DNA from: Bacteriovoracia bacterium
Lineage (GTDB): Bacteria > Bdellovibrionota > Bacteriovoracia > Bacteriovoracales > Bacteriovoracaceae
Length of the DNA: 13,390 nt
Assembly (NCBI GenBank): GCA_046570105.1
Contig: JBKHVI010000064.1
Coordinates: forward strand, 1 to 13,390
Reading direction: 5' to 3'
This document shows, piece by piece, positions 1 through 7,051 of the stretch; positions within the stretch are counted from its first letter, which is position 1, and each line of letters opens with the position of its first letter. Below the pieces are notes generated by a model, which was not told where the DNA came from, ran no database searches, and was given only the letters and a program-made list of their open reading frames with translations. A program made the translations under genes and the position numbers.

Positions 1-588
1 TTCAATAGACACATGACTGGTAATATAAAGAATCCTCTCAAATTCTTGTGCAATCCTATATTCAGTTAGAATTTGGCGATAACGCTTTTCTGATTTGGCC
101 GTCAATTCAAGCTCTATCGCCATCAATTTTTCTGTTTCTCGCCTTTGTCCAATAATATCTGGGATGCGCTTCATCTTTTGAGAGGGAAGTCCCAAAAGTT
201 TTCCGCTGACAAAACCCATTCCTGGAAAGATGCTTTCTAGTTTTTTTGTGACATCGACTAATAATAAATCATGGTAAAGAGTGCTCGTATTTACGGGCAC
301 TGGTTCAATTCGTATTATTCGATCAGGTGTTTTTGCTTGGAGTAGGGTTAGCCCTAACTTGGTTAAGCTAAAAACAACGCCAATCTCAGTTTCCATTAAA
401 TGGTGAAGAATTCTTCCCATCTTAAACCGCTTAATTATTCCTCCCTGCTCCAATTGGGTCAGGCGGTTGTGGATAGTGGACTTTGATCTCTCATCAAAAT
501 AATAATTTGCAATTTGCTTAAAACTCATCATGGTATTGGCATAGAGACCTTCCATTAAAAGCCAATCTCTTGGCATGAGCTTTAACAT
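1..588 (-). CDS. MOBC-family relaxase / Replic_Relax (replication-relaxation) protein, 3' end outside the window
   Basis: Not in the ORF track; translated by hand. GGAGG RBS (596-600) precedes ATG at 588, and 196 codons stay open to position 1: MLKLMPRDWLLMEGLYANTMMSFKQIANYYFDERSKSTIHNRLTQLEQGGIIKR... The N-terminus is wHTH-like, followed by TLYHDLLL and RIPD-x14-ELELTAKSEKRY, which fits the MOBC signature D-x6-17-E-x-E-[RL]-x2-K-x3-R-Y. It overlaps the coupling-protein 3' end by 7 bp. Confidence 0.85.
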   Translation of the reverse strand, partial: MLKLMPRDWLLMEGLYANTMMSFKQIANYYFDERSKSTIHNRLTQLEQGGIIKRFKMGRILHHLMETEIGVVFSLTKLGLTLLQAKTPDRIIRIEPVPVNTSTLYHDLLLVDVTKKLESIFPGMGFVSGKLLGLPSQKMKRIPDIIGQRRETEKLMAIELELTAKSEKRYRQILTEYRIAQEFERILYITSHVSIE

Positions 589-2108
589 GAGATGACCTCC
601 TCTTTGGATAAGGCCTCAAATTGCACTTCTTCTAAAATGCTTCCTCCATCAGGTAACTGGAACTGGATGACACCTGCTCCACGGGTGTTCATCTTTAATT
701 GGTTGGGATGGATACGGTAAGCTTCAACATCACGAACGGACATTTCACCTGTCATTTCTCGCGTTTTTAGAATTCCTTTTTGATTCGCTCTTTCTGTCAC
801 TTTCTCTTCTGTGATTGTTCCTAAATGTTTCGCAAAAAAATCCGCGGTCATCGGGTCATTAAGGCCTAGGAGGCATTTCACGTTGGTATTGGTGTTGATT
901 GCCTTGGCGAATTCCGGTGATACCATTTCCAAGTCACCCAAGCTCTGATGACTTAAATGCAGAGCGATTCCACTCGATCTTGCCTTGTTTAAAATTCCAA
1001 GGAAGCCTTCATATACAAAACTAGAGAACTCATCCAAAAAGACAGGCGTGAAGACTTTTTCCTTTCTCGCTGCCACTGCCCACGCGATTTCCTGCAAGAA
1101 AAGTTTTCCAAGCTTGAAGGCCATCTCCTGATAAAGCAGAGTCGGGATTAAGATAATCACGGCAAACTGCTTATCTTGAGTTCCTGCCATGAGTTCTCCA
1201 AGCGAGAAGGCCTTTTCCCCACCATTCACTAGATGTGACACTTCTCCACGAGCGAGTTGCCCCAATTGTGAAATAATCCCAGAATTATTTTCATCACGCT
1301 TGGCCCTGTTCTCACTTAGCCATTTCACAAGTCTTGTGGTGAGTACCTCATCCTGGCATTTTGAGACGGCTTCACTTAACAATTCATCAGAGGTGAAGAG
1401 GTTATAGAGCTTTTTGAAGGTGACCTCTTCCTTCTGTTCACAAAATAGCGCCACCAGTGCAGAAGTAATCTCATACTGAGTATTGCGGTAATACTCATCT
1501 TTAAAATCAAAGGCCGCAAAGATGCGGTCAGTGATTTGCTGACTTGTCCCGACCTTTAAAGGATTGGTGATTGCAGAGTTTACAAGATCGCCCAAATTGA
1601 AGGTGATTACTTCAACGGTAGGAGCTTGTTTTTTAATTCTCGCAGCAAGGTCTACATCTCCCTTACCATCAATCAGAACGGATGATTTGTATCTGCGAAT
1701 ATCACGCACCATCATAGGTAAAATCACACTTTCTGTTTTTCCTCTGCCTGTGGCACCAATAATCTGAACGTGCCCAGTTCTCGTTTTGTCTGGAACATGA
1801 ATGCTTGTTCCATCTTTCGTCTTTGCTACAAGTGTTCCAGCTTCATCACTCCAAACTTTTGAAAGATGGTAAACACGATCTTTGGAAAGATTCCTTCTCA
1901 TCTTCTCCTTTAAAAGGAAGATTCCCAGAGCAAATAGTCCGTAGAGTCCCATCCCGATTTTGTCGAAATGCTGATAGATCGAAAAAAGAATGCGTTCTTC
2001 GTGTTTGGTCAGATAAAAAACGAGTAAGATGAGGGCGACGACTCCCATGAGGAAGTAAAACTCACGATCACTCATTGCTGAATTTTTTTGTTCCTTGGCT
2101 TCGGCCAT
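582..2108 (-). CDS. Type IV secretion coupling protein (VirD4/TraD/TraG-like ATPase), about 508 aa
   Basis: Two N-terminal hydrophobic segments (FYFLMGVVALILLVFYL; IGMGLYGLFALGIFLL), Walker A HVQIIGATGRGKT, IDGKGD, Walker B VFLDEF, and KARSSGIALHLSHQSLGDL. Start moved from the ORF-track TTG at 2375 to ATG 2108, which has an AAAAGGAG RBS at 2113-2120 on the minus strand. Confidence 0.9.
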   Translation of the reverse strand: MAEAKEQKNSAMSDREFYFLMGVVALILLVFYLTKHEERILFSIYQHFDKIGMGLYGLFALGIFLLKEKMRRNLSKDRVYHLSKVWSDEAGTLVAKTKDGTSIHVPDKTRTGHVQIIGATGRGKTESVILPMMVRDIRRYKSSVLIDGKGDVDLAARIKKQAPTVEVITFNLGDLVNSAITNPLKVGTSQQITDRIFAAFDFKDEYYRNTQYEITSALVALFCEQKEEVTFKKLYNLFTSDELLSEAVSKCQDEVLTTRLVKWLSENRAKRDENNSGIISQLGQLARGEVSHLVNGGEKAFSLGELMAGTQDKQFAVIILIPTLLYQEMAFKLGKLFLQEIAWAVAARKEKVFTPVFLDEFSSFVYEGFLGILNKARSSGIALHLSHQSLGDLEMVSPEFAKAINTNTNVKCLLGLNDPMTADFFAKHLGTITEEKVTERANQKGILKTREMTGEMSVRDVEAYRIHPNQLKMNTRGAGVIQFQLPDGGSILEEVQFEALSKEEVISC

Positions 2109-2469
2109 TGAACTCCTTTTGCTTTTTAAAAAAGCGGTTGTGGTTAAAGCGATAAATAACTCTTTCGACTTCTTTAAAATCTCCTCCTTTCTGGTAAAAT
2201 GAAGTCGTGACGAGAAGTTCTTCCCGTTTTCGTGTTTGATGGATCTTGATTTTTGGGCAAAGAAATAGCGTGAACCCAAAAAGTGTAGGTTTAAATAGAT
2301 TTCAGAGCTTTTGAGTCTCAACAAACCCCCTCTATTGGGTTTTAGTCTGTGGATTTCCTCATAAGTCCGGTTCAATTAATCAGAGCCCTCAACTTTGAAG
2401 GCTCAACTTTCAAATAAACTAAATTTGTCAGGTATAAGCATCGAGCTGTGCAATAATGATTGTTTATGG

Positions 2470-2531
2470 CATTAACAACCAATTAAATGATACAAAATGG
2501 TTGATTTGTATCAATTAATAGGTTGTTAATG
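2470..2531. repeat. Long inverted repeat with 27-bp arms (25/27 match) and an 8-nt spacer
   Basis: CATTAACAACCAATTAAATGATACAAA (2470-2496), spacer ATGGTTGA, then TTTGTATCAATTAATAGGTTGTTAATG (2505-2531). The inner core is TGATACAAA-N8-TTTGTATCA (2488-2513). Confidence 0.9.
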
Positions 2532-2560
2532 TGGATGTATACCAAGAAAGCTCCATTTCA

Positions 2561-2569
2561 TGCTATAAT
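2561..2569 (+). promoter_or_regulatory. Extended -10 promoter element (TGnTATAAT) for the XRE-hipA operon
   Basis: TGCTATAAT is a perfect extended -10 consensus. It lies about 50 nt upstream of ATG 2621, between the two palindromes. An AAGG RBS-like sequence is at 2611-2614. Confidence 0.7.
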
Positions 2570-2579
2570 TACCGATAAA

Positions 2580-2607
2580 TTGATACAAAAAGCTAGTTTT
2601 GTATCAA
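2580..2607. promoter_or_regulatory. Palindromic operator candidate (second TGATACAAA-N8-TTTGTATCA copy)
   Basis: TTGATACAAAA-AGCTAG-TTTTGTATCAA has perfect 11-bp arms. It sits between the -10 box and the RBS of the HTH gene, with the same core and spacing as 2488-2513. Confidence 0.7.
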
Positions 2608-2620
2608 ATAAAGGTAAGTT

Positions 2621-3028
2621 ATGAAGAAAGCAGTAATGGCCTCACCAATGGCCAAAAGACAGTTAGCCAAGCTAGGCGACAACATAAAGATGGCTCGCTT
2701 AAGGCGTAATCTCTCTCTTAGGGCCGTTGCTCAGAGGGCAGGCATTTCTCTGAATACTGTCGTAGCAATTGAAAATGGTGAGGCAGGAGTAAGTATAGGT
2801 GCTATCGCAAATGTACTCCATTGCTTGAGTCTCGCTGAAGATATCTCACTCATTGCTAAAGATGATTCGCTTGGAAGAAAACTTCAAGATTTAGAAATTG
2901 AGCCAAAGAAGCGTGCACCCAAGAAAACCAAAGCGGAAGAATTGCTAGATTTAATTAAGGATGCTGAGGGAAGCGCGAAAGATACTAGAGCAAAAAGTAT
3001 TATTGATAAATTCGAGAAATTAAAATGA
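2621..3028 (+). CDS. XRE/Cro-C1 helix-turn-helix regulator, HipB-like antitoxin
   Basis: LGDNIKMARLRRNLSLRAVAQRAGISLNTVVAIENGEAGVSIG is a typical HTH_XRE. Its stop overlaps the hipA start (ATGA, 3025-3028). Confidence 0.88.
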   Translation: MKKAVMASPMAKRQLAKLGDNIKMARLRRNLSLRAVAQRAGISLNTVVAIENGEAGVSIGAIANVLHCLSLAEDISLIAKDDSLGRKLQDLEIEPKKRAPKKTKAEELLDLIKDAEGSAKDTRAKSIIDKFEKLK

Positions 3029-4275
3029 AAACAATAGAAGTATGGGCAGATTACTATTATCTCCCGCAAGCACAAAAAGTAGGAGTGTTAACAGCTAGTC
3101 CTTCTCGAGGAAAAGAGGTTTTTGCATTCGAATACGACCAGACTTGGTTGACTGGTCCATATATGTTTCAAATTGATCCAGAGCTGTTTTTATTTAATGG
3201 AAGGTTTCATCCAACAGCCGGATCAGAAAACTTCGGAGTATTTTTAGACTCTTCTCCAGATAGATGGGGAAGAACTTTAATGCTTCGACGAGAAGCTCAA
3301 AGAGCAAAGTTAGAGAAGCGTAAAGCCAATACCCTCCTTCCTTCTGATTATTTACTAGGTGTCTTTGATAAAAATCGAATGGGTGGTCTAAGATTTAAAG
3401 TTGACGGTGTTTTTAAGGATGACGACCGTACTTATGCAGCTCCACCTTGGACAACTCTTCGAGAGCTTGAAACAGCGAGCTTGAAGCTTGAAGAAGAGGG
3501 AATTGAAGATGATCCAAAGTTTGCGGAATACCTAAAACTTCTTTTCGCACCCGGCTCATCACTTGGCGGGGCTAGACCCAAGGCAAGTGTTCTTGATCCA
3601 GATGGGAATTTATGGATTGCGAAGTTTCCTAGCAAGGAAGATTCGAAGGACGTAGGAGGATGGGAAGCTGTGGTTTATGAGCTTGCAGTGAAATGTGGCC
3701 TAAATGTTCCAAAGGCCAAAGCTGAGAGGTTTGCAAACAAGCATCACACATTCCTCGTGAAAAGGTTCGACCGTCTACCCGGTGATAAGAGAGTTCATTT
3801 TTCTTCAGCAATGACATTACTTCAGCATAAAGATGGTGATAACTATGAATCGGGAGCTAGCTACCTCGAACTCGTCGACTTCATCATCTCAAGCGGTGCT
3901 CCCAGCAAAGTTAATCGCGACCTTGAAGAGCTGTGGAGAAGGATAGCTTTTTCTGTGGCCGTATCAAATTCAGATGACCATTTGAGAAATCATGGATTTT
4001 TACTTTCAGAAGAAGGCTGGGAGCTTTCACCAGCTTACGATATTAATCCCAATGAAATGGCAGTTGGACTTAGTTTAAATATCTCTGATGCCAGTAATGC
4101 TCTTGATTTTGACCTCGTGAAAAGTGTGGCAAAAGATTTTAGAGTTTCACCGGCAATAGCTGATGAAATAATTGATAAAATAAAAACGACGGTATCGGAG
4201 TGGGATAAGATTGCAGAAAATTTTGGAATATCGAGATCTGAAAGGCAAAGAATGGAAAAGGCGTTCAAAATTTAA
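3025..4275 (+). CDS. hipA: HipA-family Ser/Thr kinase toxin
   Basis: N-terminal HipA coupling-type domain (FAFEYDQTWL...FLDSSPDRWGR), P-loop GSSLGGARPKA, WIAKFP, FLVKRFDR, catalytic NSDDHLRNHGFL and LSPAYDINP. 416 aa. Confidence 0.93.
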   Translation: MKTIEVWADYYYLPQAQKVGVLTASPSRGKEVFAFEYDQTWLTGPYMFQIDPELFLFNGRFHPTAGSENFGVFLDSSPDRWGRTLMLRREAQRAKLEKRKANTLLPSDYLLGVFDKNRMGGLRFKVDGVFKDDDRTYAAPPWTTLRELETASLKLEEEGIEDDPKFAEYLKLLFAPGSSLGGARPKASVLDPDGNLWIAKFPSKEDSKDVGGWEAVVYELAVKCGLNVPKAKAERFANKHHTFLVKRFDRLPGDKRVHFSSAMTLLQHKDGDNYESGASYLELVDFIISSGAPSKVNRDLEELWRRIAFSVAVSNSDDHLRNHGFLLSEEGWELSPAYDINPNEMAVGLSLNISDASNALDFDLVKSVAKDFRVSPAIADEIIDKIKTTVSEWDKIAENFGISRSERQRMEKAFKI

Positions 4276-4278
4276 TAC

Positions 4279-6715
4279 ATGAGTAACGACAACAGACTTA
4301 AGGATTTAGAGGAGAAGTTAGCTACACTTGACACTGAGCGTGCAAAGCTCATCTTAGAAATCAATGCACTTAGAAATCAATGCACTTAGAAATCATCATA
4401 TAAAGGGAAAAAAATCCGAAGCTCTTCCAGTTATTCTTGGAAGAGTCAGCCTGGCTACTATTCCCCAAAGCCCTCAAGATAAAATTGATCTATTTTTAAA
4501 ACTTTTCCGTTGTCGGGAAGATGTCTATCCGAAGAGGTGGGAAAATTCGAAGACGGGTAAACAGGGCTATTCTCCGGTATGTGACTTAGAGTGGGTAAAA
4601 CCTATCTGCCAGAAACCAACAATCAGATGCAGTGATTGCCAGCACCAAAAATTTCCACCGCTGGATTCATTCGCAGTGGAGTCCCATCTAAAAGGTCATA
4701 CGACCATTGGGACATATGCTATTAGGGCCGATGATACTTGCTCATTCCTTGCCTGCGATTTTGATGAATCTTCATGGAAGGAAGATGTCCTCGCGTATAA
4801 ACAGGCGGCAAGAGAGCTTGGAATTGAAGTTTATATTGAGAGATCAAGATCAGGCAAAGGAGGTCATGCTTGGATTTTCTTTGAAGATTTTGTTCACGCC
4901 AGGCTTGCTAGGTCACTTGGAACTTTAATCTTGGCAAAATGCTCTGAACTAAATATTAGGTTGAGTCTTGATTCTTATGATCGATTCTTTCCTTCTCAGG
5001 ATTATCTTCCTAAAGGTGGATTTGGTAATTTAATTGCTCTGCCGCTTCAAAAGACATCAAGAGATTTGGGTAATAGCTGCTTCTTGGATTCAGAATTTAA
5101 TCCCGTTCAAGATCAATGGGATCATCTTGCGAAAGCAAGAAGAATATCAAAAATGGAGCTACAAACCCTTCTTGATAATAATTTGCCTAGGGTTAGAAGA
5201 GTAGAAAGCACTGACGCTTTTGATGACATTTCGTGGAGTACTGATCAGGCGATCTTGGATAAGACGACGCTAGAAAAAATTGATTATTATCTCGAAGGAA
5301 GAACTGTCGAGGTGAGTTTTGGTTCAATGATTTCTGTCCCCCTAGAAAATCTAGCAGGGCGAATCGTCGCGAAGCTTCGTAAAACAGCAAGTTTCCCGAA
5401 CCCTGAGTTCTATAAGCTCCAAAGAATGAGAATGCAAACGTATCCACATCCTCGGTTCATTTTCTCAGGAACGATCACTCATTCCGAAATTATTCTTCCA
5501 CGTGGAGTTCTGGATGAAGTTGTTAAGATATTGACCCTTGCTGGCGCCAAAGTGGTTATACGCGATGAGAGAATTGCCAAAAGAAAGATTAAAGTTAGTT
5601 TTTATGGAGAACTAACGCCAGAACAATCCGAGGCCATAAAAACATGGAAAGCCCAAGATACAGGCATTTTGATGGCACCACCTGGAGCTGGTAAGACGGT
5701 AATGGCCTGTGCTGTGATCGCTGAAAGAAAAGTCTCTACGCTGATACTTGTTCATCGGGCACAGCTTATGGATCAATGGAAAGAGAGGATTTCACAGTTC
5801 CTCGAGATTCCAGTTAAAGAAATTGGAACCCTCGGCGGGGCAAAGAAAAAGTTAACAGGAAATATTGATGTAGGCATGCTTCAGTCATTGGCCAAGGTGG
5901 AAGACTTATCTGAAATTTCTCAGAAATATTCACAGATTATTATTGATGAGTGTCATCATATTCCGGCCGTGTCTTTTGAAGATATTTTAAAGCAGCTACC
6001 GGCGCGATATGTTTTGGGTTTGACAGCGACTCCATATAGGAAAGATGGGTTGGAAAAAATCCTTTTTCAGCAATGTGGGCCCATTCGCTATGAGATGAAG
6101 TTATCTGATAGAGCAAATCTTATTAAAATTGTGCATTTTCATGAAACTGGATTTAAAGTTCCTGAAGAGCTAGCGCAGAAAGCCCCATACCATTTACTGA
6201 TTCAACATCTCGTCACAGATTTTAAACGTAATCAGCTAATTGCAAGTCTTGCGGTAAATGCAATTAATAAGAAAAGAATCCCAATCCTTATTTCAGATCG
6301 TAAGGACCATTTGGATTTATTGTCCAATCTGATTGCAAGCAAGTTGCCTGAGCTTAAAATAGTTCAACTCGATGGCGATTTAACTGGTAAGAAAAGAAAG
6401 CATGCCCTTATTGAGATAGAACAATCAATCAAGGCAAAAGAGAGGATACTCTTATTGGCTACATCTTCTCTAATAGGTGAAGGTTTTGATCTACCGGAGC
6501 TTGATACCCTAATTTTGGCTTCACCGCTTTCTTTTGAAGGAAGGATTGTTCAATATGCGGGTCGCTTGCATCGGGCTTCTGATGGCAAGAGTGATGTCCA
6601 AATCATTGATTTTATCGATTCGTTTAGCGCAATTTTTTCAAAAATGTATCGAAATCGACTTAAGGCCTATCGGAAGATGGGATATTCAGTAAATTTGCAG
6701 GGAAGCTTGATCTAA
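4279..6715 (+). CDS. AEP primase-polymerase (TOTE conflict-system type) fused to a ResIII-like SF2 DExH helicase; 5' end frameshifted by a 16-bp duplication (about 806 aa if restored; 783-aa ORF from 4364 as sequenced)
   Basis: N-terminal half: LFRCREDVY, C-x8-C-x6-C-x2-C, AEP motifs LACDFD and ERSRSGKGGHAWIFF, then DRFFPSQD..GGFGNLIALPLQ. C-terminal half: APPGAGKT, IIIDECHH, GLTATP, GEGFDLPELD and QYAGRLHR. The frame from ATG 4279 (MSNDNRLKDLEEKLATLDTERAKLILEINALRN) stops at TAG 4387-4389, but joins the long ORF if one 16-bp unit is removed. Confidence 0.85.
4353..4395 (+). repeat. Tandem repeat of a 16-bp unit, about 2.7 copies
   Basis: CTTAGAAATCAATGCA (4353-4368), CTTAGAAATCAATGCA (4369-4384), CTTAGAAATCA (4385-4395). 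All copies are perfect. Confidence 0.97.
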
Positions 6716-6924
6716 AGTCTACTTCTAAGCCATTGGGGGATGTTTATTGCCTCATCCAGCGTATCGGTTGAGCCCTTATAATCAACTCCGAATAGCTCGC
6801 CATATCCTTTTATCGTATCCACTGAATTTCCTCCACGCTTTTCGCCGCGTTGGCTGGCTCCGTGGGCATATAATTTTTCAGCAACTCGTTCAAGGACAAG
6901 TTCAAAGGCGTATTTACTTAGCAT
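6712..6924 (-). CDS. Small hypothetical ORF or gene remnant (70 aa; frame open to 6993)
   Basis: Fills most of the helicase-zorA spacer and overlaps the helicase stop by 4 bp. Composition is protein-like, but there is no clear RBS and no recognised family. Confidence 0.25.
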   Translation of the reverse strand: MLSKYAFELVLERVAEKLYAHGASQRGEKRGGNSVDTIKGYGELFGVDYKGSTDTLDEAINIPQWLRSRL

Positions 6925-7051
6925 ACAAGCCTTGTCGGATAATTCAGTTTGTTTCTTGAGCTTCGTGGCTCCCTTAAGTTTCTTAAGAATAATTTACTTC
7001 ACTAATTATCCAAGAATTCCGATCAATTACAAAAGTTTTAATGGAGCAGAT

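Noticed and set aside
2109..2375. 89-aa N-terminal extension of the coupling protein from TTG 2375, and a strong AAAGGAGGAG on the minus strand near 2181-2190
   Set aside because: ATG 2108 has a well-placed RBS and puts the TM segments near the N-terminus, as expected for a T4CP. The upstream SD-like sequence has no canonical start codon at a suitable distance.
4353..4395. Tandem repeat read as a CRISPR array or iteron
   Set aside because: The units are contiguous with no spacers, lie inside a coding region and are fully explained by one 16-bp duplication.
6937..7011. Short symmetries upstream of zorA (GGATAATT/AATTATCC, TTCTTAAGAA, CTTAAG twice)
   Set aside because: Too short and AT-rich to separate from chance. 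I could not identify a convincing promoter or terminator here.
6932..7051. 40-aa N-terminal extension of ZorA from TTG 6932
   Set aside because: No RBS at 6932. ATG 7052 has GGAG 5 nt upstream and places TM1 at the N-terminus.
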